DNA of 64,000 bases from Candidatus Falkowbacteria bacterium (GTDB taxonomy: Bacteria; Patescibacteriota; Patescibacteriia; CAIXNZ01), in the NCBI GenBank assembly GCA_963774955.1, contig CAVZGV010000006.1, forward strand, positions 90,855-154,854, read 5' to 3'. The position numbers were made by a program, and so were the translations under genes. Below the pieces are notes generated by a model. That model was given only the letters and a program-made list of their open reading frames with translations, was not told the DNA's origin and searched no databases. Position 1 is the stretch's first letter. Each line of letters begins with the position of its first letter. This document shows positions 1-12,311 of this stretch, in pieces.

Positions 1-587
1 GTTACTTTATCTCCGACTCCCAGCTGTTGCGGCGGTATATAAGAAATATCCTTTATTTCCAGATTATATATTTCCTGATATAAGCTGGTATAATTAATTT
101 CTTTAACCCATTTAACGTTGCTAAAAACCAACTGATTGGCTTTATTGCCGGTCTCTACTGCCAAGGCTACAAAATATTTACTTTCAGCAGGCATAATAAA
201 GCCTGATCTTTTTATACTATACTTATCCCCCATTTGGAATTGATAATCAAAGGTTGCATACCAGGTCTTATTTGGATTTGACACACTGGCCACAATATCA
301 AAGCCTTTTGTGCTTGGATAGCTTGACAGTTGATTTACCTTTAAAGCTTGAGGCAAGGCTACTTGCTTATAATCAATGAGATCCTGTCTGGTGGTAATTA
401 AGCTATTAAGCGACTGCTGATAAGCAACCCTATAAATACCCAGATTTAAAATTAATAGATATAAATTCAAAGAGATAAAGAAAACAACAAAAATAATCAA
501 AAAAACAATAAATATGTCCTTTATTAAAAGCTTGTGCGTCACCAACCAATATGCCCGACCCAATTGTCTTTCTGATATATTATCCAT
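1..587 (-). CDS. Membrane-anchored hypothetical protein, 3' end outside the window
   Basis: ATG at 587 on the minus strand, read by hand as MDNISERQLGRAYWLVTHKLLIKDIFIVFLIIFVVFF...; single N-terminal TM segment; absent from the ORF track because it runs off the edge. Confidence 0.7.
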   Translation of the reverse strand, partial: MDNISERQLGRAYWLVTHKLLIKDIFIVFLIIFVVFFISLNLYLLILNLGIYRVAYQQSLNSLITTRQDLIDYKQVALPQALKVNQLSSYPSTKGFDIVASVSNPNKTWYATFDYQFQMGDKYSIKRSGFIMPAESKYFVALAVETGNKANQLVFSNVKWVKEINYTSLYQEIYNLEIKDISYIPPQQLGVGDKV

Positions 588-778
588 ATTATTCGTATTA
601 CTTAAATACGTCGGCAAATATTGCCAACCGATTAACAAATATCATTTTGTATATTATAACACAATTTAAAGCAGTAGTAAAAGCTTAAATTTACTCTAAA
701 AACTCTTGATGACTTAATTTTAAAATGCTATAATTAATTCAGACCTACACTCATCTGCTAGGCTAAATTTATTATTAA

Positions 779-2821
<2,043 letters not shown>

Positions 2822-2856
2822 AAAACCCCCCCGGAACCAATTGGTCCCGGGGGTTT
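2822..2856. terminator. Intrinsic terminator between convergent genes
   Basis: AAAACCCCCCCGGAACC-AATT-GGTCCCGGGGGTTT hairpin flanked by A/T runs. Confidence 0.7.
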
Positions 2857-2859
2857 AAG

Positions 2860-2973
2860 TTAGGGTTTAGTTCCCTCTTTGAGAAATTTATTGACTCTGG
2901 CCATATGCCGTTTATTTCTGGCAATGGCTTTATCAGCCCAGTCCAATAAGGTCCTCAGCTTATACTCACGCAT
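2860..2973 (-). CDS. Small basic protein, 37 aa (MREYKLRTLLDWADKAIARNKRHMARVNKFLKEGTKP)
   Basis: Read by hand; GGAGG upstream; starts 1 nt after the stop of the RHH gene and ends at the terminator. Confidence 0.5.
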   Translation of the reverse strand: MREYKLRTLLDWADKAIARNKRHMARVNKFLKEGTKP

Positions 2974-2974
2974 T

Positions 2975-3262
2975 TTATCCTCCTTGCTCTCCACCAGATA
3001 TCTGTCTGGCACCCTGAAGTTCCAAAATTATTAAATCGTGTTCCTGACCGTCCTTATCCCTCAGAATGAATTGGCCCCCATGTTTGTAATGATGATATAG
3101 CTTTATCACCAACTTGATGGCCAGCCGCATCAAAGAAGATAAAGACGTCCCCAATTCCTGCAAAATGTCATCGTAGGAACCTACTTCGCCCTCACCCAAT
3201 TTGAAAGTCACTGTCCGCCTGTCCGCTTTGTTACTGTTTCTGCTTGTCCCGCTTCCGCTCAT
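2975..3262 (-). CDS. Ribbon-helix-helix (CopG-like) DNA-binding protein
   Basis: RRTVTFKL strand followed by two helices (SLSSLMRLAIKL); start moved to ATG 3262, which has AAGGAGG upstream. Confidence 0.6.
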   Translation of the reverse strand: MSGSGTSRNSNKADRRTVTFKLGEGEVGSYDDILQELGTSLSSLMRLAIKLVIKLYHHYKHGGQFILRDKDGQEHDLIILELQGARQISGGEQGG

Positions 3263-3515
3263 CTTCCGCTTCCTCCTTGCCCTCCGGAACTTTAGTGGAG
3301 GAGGGCTCTTTTGCGCTTGGTAAAAAAACAAATCCCACCACAAAACATCCCATTATTCCTTATTAAATAACATATTTTAATGTTTGTCAATCTGCCCACA
3401 ATCTACCCACTTGACTTTTTTAGCCAAAAGTATACAATATATATATAAAGACCCCGCAGGGTCTTTTTAAAATCGAAAAAACAAACCGATTTTCATTAAC
3501 TATTTGCCTAATAAT

Positions 3516-3710
3516 ATGAACAACCCGGTTCAAAAAATCACTGATTACATTAAAGATTCAATAGCAGAACTGAAAAAAGTCACCTGGCCGACAAAAAAAC
3601 AGACAACAGAATATACACTTTTGGTTATTGGTATCAGCCTTGGCCTGTCTATTTTTATTGGTATTGTCGACTATATCCTGACTTTGGGAGTCGAACAAAT
3701 AATTAAATAA
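3516..3710 (+). CDS. secE: Preprotein translocase subunit SecE
   Basis: ELKKVTWP motif plus one TM; directly upstream of nusG. Confidence 0.95.
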   Translation: MNNPVQKITDYIKDSIAELKKVTWPTKKQTTEYTLLVIGISLGLSIFIGIVDYILTLGVEQIIK

Positions 3711-3758
3711 AAATAAATATATGAATTACTAAAAAATTCGCAATAATTAGTTAATCCT

Positions 3759-4301
3759 ATGGCAAAACAAATCTCACGCGGCAAACGCTGGTATGTTATC
3801 CACACTTATTCAGGGTATGAAGAAAACGTAGCTGATAATTTAAAACAAAGAGTTGAATCCATGGACATGGCCGATAAAATTTTTGATGTTATTATTCCTA
3901 CTGAAAAGAAAATTAAAATTAAAAACGGCAAGAGGAAGTCCGTCATAGAAAAAATTTTTCCAGGCTACTTAATGGTTCAAATGATTGTTACCGATGATTC
4001 CTGGTATGTGGTGCGTAATACGCCCAATGTCACTGGCTTCGTGGGCTCAGGCACAACGCCCACCCCTGTTTCCGAAGACGAAGTGAAATCCCTGCTAAAA
4101 AGAATGGGCACCGATGAAGCCAAATTTAAAATTGATGTTTCTGAAGGTTCCCCTGTCAAAATCACTGACGGACCGTTTAAAAACTTCGAAGGTAAAGTTA
4201 CGACAGTTGATGAAGCCCGCGGCAAAATTAAAGTTCTGGTTTCCATGTTTGGTCGTGAAACCCCTGTCGAACTTGACTTTTTGCAGATAAAAAAGATATA
4301 A
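3759..4301 (+). CDS. nusG: Transcription termination/antitermination factor NusG
   Basis: WYVIHTYSGYE, FPGY, KOW domain, MFGRETPVEL. Confidence 0.98.
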   Translation: MAKQISRGKRWYVIHTYSGYEENVADNLKQRVESMDMADKIFDVIIPTEKKIKIKNGKRKSVIEKIFPGYLMVQMIVTDDSWYVVRNTPNVTGFVGSGTTPTPVSEDEVKSLLKRMGTDEAKFKIDVSEGSPVKITDGPFKNFEGKVTTVDEARGKIKVLVSMFGRETPVELDFLQIKKI

Positions 4302-4421
4302 TCCATTAACGGTAAATTGCTTATTTCCTTATGTCCTAACAAGGAGCTTCTCATCAGGAAATAAAATATAAATAATTTCTAATTTTTGACTTTTGAATTC
4401 TGACTTTTTAGATATAAACAT

Positions 4422-4847
4422 ATGCCAAAACCAATAAAAACTATAATCAAATTACAAATCCCCGCCGGCGCGGCTAATCCAGCACCTCCGGTTGGTCCGG
4501 CTTTGGGTCAGCATGGTTTGAATATTCAGGAGTTTTGCAGCAAATTCAATGATGCGACCAAAGATAAAAGCGGCAGTATTATTCCGGTTGAAATTACTGT
4601 TTTTGATGACAGAACTTATGAAATCAAATATAAAACCCCGCCTGTTGCCGAACTGTTAAAAAAGGCTGCCGGTATTGAAAAAGGATCAGGCAAACCGTTG
4701 CAGGAAAAAGTCGGCAAAGTTACTAAGGCGCAACTCCGTGAAATAGCAGAACAAAAAATGGTTGACTTAAACACTGAAGATGTGGAAGCTGCCATGCGCA
4801 TGATCGCCGGTACTGCCCGCCAGATGGGCCTAACTGTTGAAAACTAA
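4422..4847 (+). CDS. rplK: 50S ribosomal protein L11
   Basis: [23 protein letters not shown]. Confidence 0.98.
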   Translation: MPKPIKTIIKLQIPAGAANPAPPVGPALGQHGLNIQEFCSKFNDATKDKSGSIIPVEITVFDDRTYEIKYKTPPVAELLKKAAGIEKGSGKPLQEKVGKVTKAQLREIAEQKMVDLNTEDVEAAMRMIAGTARQMGLTVEN

Positions 4848-4890
4848 CCGAACTTTAGACTTTTAACTTTATACTTTAAACTTATAAAAA

Positions 4891-4918
4891 GTGTGGGAGC
4901 TTCGGCGCCAAAACCACG
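4891..4918 (+). promoter_or_regulatory. Ribosomal protein L1 autoregulatory binding site in the rplA leader
   Basis: GTGTGGGAG-C-TTCG-GCGCC-AAAACCAC matches the GTGGGAG...AACCAC kink-turn mimic of the L1 site in 23S rRNA; lies between rplK and rplA. Confidence 0.75.
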
Positions 4919-4975
4919 CAATACTACTACCCTATTAAATAAAGACGGTGTATTGCGTATACATCGTTTTTTGTA

Positions 4976-5054
4976 TCTACAGATTACAGATAAGTACAGA
5001 TTTACAAATACATCAGCCGAAATCTGTATATCTGTATAGATCTGTAATCTGTAG
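4976..5054. repeat. Imperfect palindrome built from short TACAGAT / ATCTGTA units
   Basis: CTACAGATTACAGATAAGTACAGATTT...AAATCTGTATATCTGTATAGATCTGTAATCTGTAG. Confidence 0.7.
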
Positions 5055-5101
5055 AAGTATTGCAACCTAATTAACCTAATATAACCTAAATAAACCATCC
5101 T

Positions 5102-5803
5102 ATGAAAAGAAAACCAAAATCAGCTCCGCATTCCCAAAGATATGCTGGGTTGGTAAGCAAAGTCGACAACAATAAGACTTATTCTATCGAAGAAGCCATT
5201 AAACTGGCCAAAGAAACAGCCACAACAAAATTTGAATCATCCATCGAAGTAGCCATCAGAACTGGTATTGATCCCAGCAAAACCGATCAGCAAATTCGTT
5301 CAACTGCGCTTTTGCCTCATGGCACCGGTAAAAAAATAAAAATCGCGGTAATCGCTCCGGCCGACAAACAAAAAGAGGCCAAAGACGCTGGGGCAACCAT
5401 TGTCGGCGGCGAAGAACTGATTGATGAAATCGCCAAAACTCAAAAAACCAACTTTGATGTTTTGATTACGGTTCCTGAAATGATGAAAGATTTGGCTAAA
5501 GTAGCTAAAATTTTAGGACCTAAAGGTTTAATGCCTAATCCCAAGACTGAAACAGTAACCCCTAATATTAAAAAAGCTGTTGAAGAATTATCTAAAGGCA
5601 AAATCACTTTTCGCGCTGATGACACTGGTAATATTCATCTAAGCATCGGCAAAACCAAGTTTGACGACCAAAAGCTGATCGAAAACTATAAAACTTTCAT
5701 GGAAACTCTGCAAAAAGTTAGACCTAGTACCATAAAAGGAGACTATATTAAAAAAATCACCATCTCTTCCACCATGGGACCAGGCATAAAAGTTCAAATT
5801 TAA
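5102..5803 (+). CDS. rplA: 50S ribosomal protein L1
   Basis: LPHGTGK, LGPKGLMPNPK, SSTMGPG. Confidence 0.98.
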   Translation: MKRKPKSAPHSQRYAGLVSKVDNNKTYSIEEAIKLAKETATTKFESSIEVAIRTGIDPSKTDQQIRSTALLPHGTGKKIKIAVIAPADKQKEAKDAGATIVGGEELIDEIAKTQKTNFDVLITVPEMMKDLAKVAKILGPKGLMPNPKTETVTPNIKKAVEELSKGKITFRADDTGNIHLSIGKTKFDDQKLIENYKTFMETLQKVRPSTIKGDYIKKITISSTMGPGIKVQI

Positions 5804-5833
5804 ACTGAAAATTACTTCACATATGCGGGTGAG

Positions 5834-5870
5834 AAAAGCCCTCCGAAGCCTCGGCGCAGGAGGGTTTTTT
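5834..5870 (+). terminator. Terminator after rplA, formed by a CCTCCGAAGC...GCGCAGGAGG repeat
   Basis: AAAAGCCCTCCGAAGCCTCGGCGCAGGAGGGTTTTTT. Confidence 0.7.
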
Positions 5871-5947
5871 CATTGACAAGACTCTTTATTTTCTAACTAA
5901 GTCATGATAAAATACAACCAGTTTAAAAATTAATGATTTAAAAAAAT

Positions 5948-6484
5948 ATGGCTGAAGAACGTAAACATTATCGCCCAGGCTGGGATGATTATTTCATGGC
6001 AATTGCCAAAATAATTTCCAGCCGTAGTACTTGTGATCGACTCTATTCTGGTGCGGTATTAGTTAAAGATAACCGAATCATTGCCACTGGCTATAACGGA
6101 GCGCCGCCTGGATTGCCCCACTGTCATGACGCCGGACATTTATTGGAAGAAACTCACTGCATTAGAACAATCCATGGTGAGCATAATGCCTTGCTGCAAG
6201 CTGCGGTTTTAGGCGCAACTAGCACAGTAGGTTCAACAATGTACACCAAATATGTCCCCTGCATGCATTGTTCCAAATATGTGGTAGCCTGCGGAGTCAA
6301 ACGAATTGTCTCAGCCAGGGTCTATCGGGCAGCCCAGGCAATTGAATACTTGGAGCAAGCCGGTGTTCAAGTCGATATTTATCAGGAAAATCCAGAATGG
6401 AACGAAGAATTAGAACTGATTTTCTCTGAAGGGATCCCTGAAAGAATTAATCACGGCGCAATTAAATTAGAAGAAAAGAAATAA
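5948..6484 (+). CDS. dCMP deaminase (ComEB-like)
   Basis: RPGWDDYFM, TGYNGAP, HGEHNA and PCMHC zinc motifs. Confidence 0.9.
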   Translation: MAEERKHYRPGWDDYFMAIAKIISSRSTCDRLYSGAVLVKDNRIIATGYNGAPPGLPHCHDAGHLLEETHCIRTIHGEHNALLQAAVLGATSTVGSTMYTKYVPCMHCSKYVVACGVKRIVSARVYRAAQAIEYLEQAGVQVDIYQENPEWNEELELIFSEGIPERINHGAIKLEEKK

Positions 6485-6496
6485 CCATCACAGTTT

Positions 6497-7057
6497 ATGT
6501 CAACCAATAAAATAATTCTGGGCTTTGTCGGACCGATTGCCTCGGGCAAAGGTACTGTCTGCCAATATCTCAAAGAAACATATAACACGGATATTTTGCG
6601 CTTTTCGACCATGCTGCGCGATGTGTTAAACCGTTTTTACATCGAACAAAGCCGGGAAAATATGCAGGTCCTGTCTTCATCTTTGCGCCAGATTTTTGGC
6701 GATGATTTAATGGCTAAGACTATAGCCAATGATGTCAATCATTCTGAAGCAACAATTATTGTCTTGGACGGAGTGCGCCGCCAAGCAGATATAAAATACT
6801 TAAGGGAACTACCGGATTTTCATCTGGTGGAAATAAACGCTGACCAGAAAATTCGCTATGAACGAATTACCAAACGCGGTGAAAATTCAGACGATATCCA
6901 AAAAACCTTTGAGGATTTTCAGGCTGATGAGCTCAAAGAAGCCGAACTGCAAATTAAAGACGTGGCTAAAACCGCCGAATTTCACCTTGATAATAATGGC
7001 AGCAAAGAAAATCTTTATAAACAAATAGAAGACATTATTAAAAGACTTCAATCATAA
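6497..7057 (+). CDS. P-loop nucleoside monophosphate kinase (dephospho-CoA kinase-like)
   Basis: Walker A GPIASGKGT, DGVR, lid motif RYERITKRG, NNGS. Confidence 0.75.
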   Translation: MSTNKIILGFVGPIASGKGTVCQYLKETYNTDILRFSTMLRDVLNRFYIEQSRENMQVLSSSLRQIFGDDLMAKTIANDVNHSEATIIVLDGVRRQADIKYLRELPDFHLVEINADQKIRYERITKRGENSDDIQKTFEDFQADELKEAELQIKDVAKTAEFHLDNNGSKENLYKQIEDIIKRLQS

Positions 7058-7061
7058 TTTC

Positions 7062-8450
7062 ATGTCCTGGCCCAAATATTATACCAACCAAATTCTGATC
7101 CCCTCCGCTGATGGCTTTATCGGCATAGTTTCTGGCTGGACCAAGAAAGAACATATTGAAGAATTAATAGCCAGCGAGAATAAAAGTAAAGTCGGCGCTA
7201 TCGGCCAATTATACAGCAAGGAAGGCATAAACTACATTATTCGCAATCTTTTTTTAAATCCCAAAATGACTCGGCTGATCGTGACCGGCAGAGATTTATC
7301 AGGCAGTGTGAAATTTTTCCAGGAATTTTTAACTAACGGCACGGGGCAAGAAATTATTCACCAAGAAATACCCGCTGAAAAAATTCAAACCTTTATTGAC
7401 TGGTTTAAAACAAATACCGATTTTATTGCCGAAGAGGACTTGAATAAAATATTAAATGAGATTCAGGCTCCGGCCAGCTCCTGGATTTCTGACATAACCG
7501 AATTTCCCGATCCGGCCCAGCGTGAAAACATTGATTTCCCTTCTGAAGCAATCTGTTTTCGTCTGGAAGATAAAAAAATTGCCGATCTCTGGCTGAAAGT
7601 TTTAGACCGAGTTCTAAAATTTGGCGTTAATAAAATGAGCCAGTATTCAGAGATGCAAAGAGAGCTGATCAATATTACGACAGTAATCAACGACGAAGAT
7701 CCGGACAACCCTTTTTTACCCGAGCATCTTTATTTTAATCTCACAAGATCTGGAAAATTATTATCCGCAATTAATGACTGACCATGTTTTTGAAGGCGTA
7801 GAATATACTTATGGCAGCCGTTTTCGAAATTTTAACGGCATTAATCAGATTGAAGCCTTAATTAAGGATTTACAGGCCAATAATTACAGCCGCCGCGCCA
7901 TTGCTTTTACCTGGGATGTCATGAAAGATACCGGCAATCCCAAAAGCCCTGTATCAACCTGGTCAATGCCTTGGTCCAGGGAGATAAAGTCTATCTGACA
8001 ACCTATATCCGTTCCAATGATATGTACCGCGCCTGGCCGCAAAACGCCTTTGCCTTAAGAAAAGTTCAAAAGGAAATTGCTGATGCCTTGGGTATAAAAA
8101 TGGGCAAACTCTGTATAATTTCCAATTCAGCCCATATTTATGAACGCGATTTTTTGGCTGCTTCGGAAATGGTGGAAAAACACAAACCGCAGGCTGAATG
8201 CATCCAGGATCCGCGCGGCAGTTTCGCTCTGGCAGTTGAAGACGGAAAAATAGTCGCCAGCCATTTTTCTCCCGACGGCCAGTTTATCCAAAAATTTGAA
8301 GGTCAAACTGCCACTGAAATCAACAACCAAATTTTTACTTACATTTCCGAAATCCTGCATGCCCTGGACTTAGGCCGTGAATTAATGAAAGCGGAATTGG
8401 CCTTGAAAAATAATTTGTCTTACACCCAGGATCGGGAACTAAAAATTTAA
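7062..8450 (+). CDS. thyA: Multidomain thymidylate synthase (N-terminal MtrA-like domain, archaeal-type ThyA core, C-terminal DUF4346-like domain), split by two frameshifts
   Basis: Three overlapping ORFs join into one protein: YTYGSR, SRRA, catalytic PC restored at ~7948 (SPCINLV), RSNDMYRAWPQN, SAHIYE, and C-terminal DPRG...HALDLGRELMKAE. Confidence 0.8.
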
Positions 8451-8459
8451 GTTAACATT

Positions 8460-9134
8460 ATGGCCCAAGGAAAATTTATTGTCATCGACGGTACTGACGG
8501 ATCTGGTAAAGCCACCCAGACCAAATTATTAGTGGACAAATTAAGCCAAAATAATTATCCGGTCAAAATGATAGATTTCCCCCAATACGGGCAAAAATCA
8601 GCAGGTTTAGTCGAAGAATATTTAAACGGCAACTATGGAGCAGCCCTTGAAGTCGGGCCTTATCGAGCCTCAATTTTTTATGCTTGTGACCGTTACGCAG
8701 CTGCCCCGCAAATAAACGACTGGCTAAATCAGGGCAATCTGGTAATTTCCAACCGCTATGTTTCCTCAAACATGGGGCATCAGGCCGGCAAAATTAAAGA
8801 CGAAACCGAAAGAGACAAATTTCTAGACTGGCTTTTTGATTTGGAATTTAACATTTTTAACATACCTAAACCAGATTTAAATATCTTACTTTATTTGCCT
8901 CCAGAAATCGGGCAGGAACTGGTTGATAAAAAAGGCAGCCGCGATTATGTCGGCGGCCAAAAACGGGATATTCACGAAGCTGATTTGCAACATTTAATCG
9001 ACGCCGCAGCAGCCTATAAATATGTAGCGGACAAATATAGCTGGAAGACCATAAATTGCGCGCCGGATAATGAATTAATGAGCATTGAAAACATTCACGA
9101 TTTGCTCTGGTCTGAAATAAAAAATATTCTCTAA
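8460..9134 (+). CDS. tmk: Thymidylate kinase
   Basis: FIVIDGTDGSGKATQ, FPQY, NRY, PDL. Confidence 0.92.
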   Translation: MAQGKFIVIDGTDGSGKATQTKLLVDKLSQNNYPVKMIDFPQYGQKSAGLVEEYLNGNYGAALEVGPYRASIFYACDRYAAAPQINDWLNQGNLVISNRYVSSNMGHQAGKIKDETERDKFLDWLFDLEFNIFNIPKPDLNILLYLPPEIGQELVDKKGSRDYVGGQKRDIHEADLQHLIDAAAAYKYVADKYSWKTINCAPDNELMSIENIHDLLWSEIKNIL

Positions 9135-9274
9135 GGTAACCCCTTCTTACTCTTATTACTCCTCTTCCCCTTCTCACGATTTTTTGCTAAACTTATACTA
9201 TATTTTGAACCGATAAAGCAACCCAATAAAACCTTATATAGCTTAATATAACCTTATATAACCTCTAAAATTTT

Positions 9275-9883
9275 ATGCAAACCAAACAAGGAAAATTCAT
9301 TGTCTTTTACGGCGTCAATAATCTCGGCAAATCTACTCAGGCCAAAATGACCGTGGAAAATTTAATTATAAAATCAGGAAAAGAGGCTGAATATCTCAAA
9401 TACGCTATTTATACACAGGAACCTTCCGGGACATTAATTACTTCTTATCTGCGCGAACGTAATCCTTACAATTTAACTGCGCGGGAATTTCAATTACTCC
9501 AGGTTTTAAACCGCACCCAATATGAACCAAAACTTAAAAATAAACTAGACAAAGGCACCTGGATTGTGGCTGAAGATTATATTGGTACCGGTGTAGCCTG
9601 GGGCATTGCTCAAGGCATGGAAAAAAGTCTGCTTTACAAACTCAATTCTCATTTAATAAAGGAAGATCTGGGTATTCTTTTCGAAGGTGAATCTTTCCAA
9701 AACAGTGAGGATAAAAAAAATATCCACGAAAGCGATCGGGCTTTACTGGCTAAAGTCAATGAATCATTCAAGGAAATTGCCCGTGATTTCGGCTGGCATA
9801 CGGTCAATGCCAATCAGCCGATTGCCACTGTCCAGCAAGAGATCATGGACATTATCAAAAGTAAAATAACATTTATTGAATAA
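9275..9883 (+). CDS. Second, divergent thymidylate kinase-like protein
   Basis: GKFIVFYGVNNLGKSTQ P-loop; EDY in place of the DR(Y/F) motif. Confidence 0.75.
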   Translation: MQTKQGKFIVFYGVNNLGKSTQAKMTVENLIIKSGKEAEYLKYAIYTQEPSGTLITSYLRERNPYNLTAREFQLLQVLNRTQYEPKLKNKLDKGTWIVAEDYIGTGVAWGIAQGMEKSLLYKLNSHLIKEDLGILFEGESFQNSEDKKNIHESDRALLAKVNESFKEIARDFGWHTVNANQPIATVQQEIMDIIKSKITFIE

Positions 9884-9894
9884 TTACTACATTA

Positions 9895-10626
9895 ATGGAA
9901 ACAAAATTAATTGACGTCTTCGATATTATAAAAAACGGCTGGAATCTATATCTGGAAAATTTTCACAAAGTCAGCGTGCCTATTTTTGTAACCTTAGGCA
10001 CCAGCGCTGCCGTTATTTTAATAGAATATTTTTTGCCCGGCTCTTTATTTTTATTTCTTTTTGCCACAGCCTTGATGATATTTATTAATATGTGGATGGT
10101 TATAACGCAGATACTCTTGGTCAATAAAATTTACCTCAAACAACCTGCCGATCTTGAAACTGCAGCCTCGCTCGGTTTTAGCAAAATACCTTCTTATTTA
10201 CTGATTGTAATCTTGAATTTTATAATTATTCTTATCGGGCTGGTACTTTTAATTATTCCCGGGCTAATTTTTACTGTCTGGTATCAATTTTCAATCTATA
10301 TAACTCTGCTGGATAAAGATGACCATAAAGGAGTCGCCGCGCTCAAAGCCAGTAAACAACTGGTTGACGGCCGCTGGTGGCCGACTTTTAGCCGCTTGAT
10401 TTTACCGCCTCTTTTTATTTGTCTGATTTTAGCGCCGATTGCCGTGGCCCTAATTTATATGCTGACATTAGGCGGTTATGATGCCACGGATTATAATAGT
10501 CTATTAATCTTCAGATCTGTGTCCTCCTTTATTTCCCTGCTTTTTGCTCCGTTATTTATTGCTTTTGTCATTATTTTATATTACAATCTTAAGGAAACTA
10601 AAAATCAAAACCCGGAAGAAAATTAA
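9895..10626 (+). CDS. Integral membrane protein (DUF975/YciC-like)
   Basis: About 6 TM segments; LLIIPGLIF and ALKASKQLVDGRWW motifs. Confidence 0.7.
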   Translation: METKLIDVFDIIKNGWNLYLENFHKVSVPIFVTLGTSAAVILIEYFLPGSLFLFLFATALMIFINMWMVITQILLVNKIYLKQPADLETAASLGFSKIPSYLLIVILNFIIILIGLVLLIIPGLIFTVWYQFSIYITLLDKDDHKGVAALKASKQLVDGRWWPTFSRLILPPLFICLILAPIAVALIYMLTLGGYDATDYNSLLIFRSVSSFISLLFAPLFIAFVIILYYNLKETKNQNPEEN

Positions 10627-10627
10627 A

Positions 10628-12187
10628 ATGTTAATCCAGAACCCTATGGAATTAATTCCCGTTATCGGGCTGGAAATTCATGTCCAGCTAAAAACTAAAT
10701 CAAAAATGTTTTGCTCCTGTGATAATAGCGGTGAAAACCAACCGGCTAATACTTGTATTTGCCCGATTTGCCTGGGTCATCCGGGAACTTTGCCCGTGGC
10801 TAATAAACAGGCGATTGAGTGGTCGGCCAAAACATCATTGGCCTTAAATTGTACTATAGAGGAATATTCCAAATTTGACCGTAAGCATTACTTTTATCCT
10901 GACCTGCCAAAGGCTTATCAAATTTCCCAATTTGACCAGCCCATCGGCAACAACGGTTATCTGTATATATTAAATCCTGAAATCAACGAAGAAGAGAAAA
11001 TCCGCATCAACCGCCTGCACCTTGAAGAAGACGCGGCCAAGCTTTTGCACACTAATACCAAAGGCTCCAGTCTGATTGATTATAATCGCGGAGGCACGCC
11101 CCTGATGGAAATCGTAACTGAACCAGATATTAAAACCCCAGCCCAGGCAAAACAATTTTTACAAGAATTACGCCAGATTATGCGCTATCTTGATGTTTCT
11201 GAGGCTGATATGGAAAAAGGTCATTTGCGCTGTGATGCCAATATTTCCCTGCATCCGATCGGAGAAGAAAAATTATACCCGAAAACAGAAATAAAAAATC
11301 TCAATTCATTTAAAATGGTGGAGAAAGCTTTGGAATATGAAATCCAACGGCAGACTAAAGCTTGGCTAGAAGGCAATCCCCCCAAGGATTTGACCACCCG
11401 CGGCTGGAATGATGCCAAGGGCATAACCGAAGAACAACGAACCAAAGAAGAAGCCCATGACTATCGTTATTTTCCGGAGCCAGATATTCCGCCTCTCCAT
11501 TTCAAGATCAACCAGGATACTGTTTGCTCTGATAAAGAAATTGCCATTGAGCTGGCCTGTTTAAAAGCAAATATTCCGGAACTTCCGGATGATAAGCGTA
11601 AAAGATTTATAACTGAATATGATATAAATTTAGATGAAGCTAACTTATTGACTGAAGATAAGGCTACGGCTGAATTTTATGAACAGGTTATTTCGGAATT
11701 AAAAGCCTGGATAGAAAATATGGAAGAACCGACCGATAAAAAATATACCTGGGAAGCCAACCGGCTCCAACTGACCAAGCTGGTCAGTAATTGGATTATC
11801 AATAACTTACTCCCCCTCTTAACCGAAAAACAAGTCAAGATTAAAGACATGAAACTAACAGCTGAAAACATGGCTGAATTAGTTTCCCTGATATTCTCCA
11901 AAAAACTGAATTATACTTCAGCCGTACAAATTTTACCCGCTATGCTAGATACTGGCGCTGATCCTTCGCATTTGATGAAGGATCTGAATCTGGGTCAAAT
12001 CTCTGATACTAAAGAGCTGGAAAATATTATTGATCAGGTTATTGAGGCAAATCCCAAGCCCGTAGAGGACTATAAAAAAGGCAAAGAAGCAGCCTTGCAA
12101 GCCGTAGTTGGCAAAGTCATGGCCCAAACTAAAGGTAAAGCTAATGCAGAACTTGTCTTACAGATTTTAAAGCAAAAATTATCTTAA
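10628..12187 (+). CDS. gatB: Asp-tRNA(Asn)/Glu-tRNA(Gln) amidotransferase subunit B
   Basis: IGLEIHVQL, FDRKHYFYPDLPK, HLEEDAAK, RCDANIS, DYRYFPEPD; start is 10628 or 10646. Confidence 0.98.
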   Translation: MLIQNPMELIPVIGLEIHVQLKTKSKMFCSCDNSGENQPANTCICPICLGHPGTLPVANKQAIEWSAKTSLALNCTIEEYSKFDRKHYFYPDLPKAYQISQFDQPIGNNGYLYILNPEINEEEKIRINRLHLEEDAAKLLHTNTKGSSLIDYNRGGTPLMEIVTEPDIKTPAQAKQFLQELRQIMRYLDVSEADMEKGHLRCDANISLHPIGEEKLYPKTEIKNLNSFKMVEKALEYEIQRQTKAWLEGNPPKDLTTRGWNDAKGITEEQRTKEEAHDYRYFPEPDIPPLHFKINQDTVCSDKEIAIELACLKANIPELPDDKRKRFITEYDINLDEANLLTEDKATAEFYEQVISELKAWIENMEEPTDKKYTWEANRLQLTKLVSNWIINNLLPLLTEKQVKIKDMKLTAENMAELVSLIFSKKLNYTSAVQILPAMLDTGADPSHLMKDLNLGQISDTKELENIIDQVIEANPKPVEDYKKGKEAALQAVVGKVMAQTKGKANAELVLQILKQKLS

Positions 12188-12311
12188 AACACCTAAACGC
12201 AATAAAATAGCTAATTTTAGCTACCAAGAACCAATCTATTGACATTTTTTAATAATTATGTTATAATGCAAACAGAAAATTCAATCTTAATTATTAAAGG
12301 AGACTAAACAT

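Noticed and set aside
4844-5098. 84-aa ORF between rplK and rplA
   Set aside because: It is a translation of low-complexity repeats, antisense to the L1 leader.
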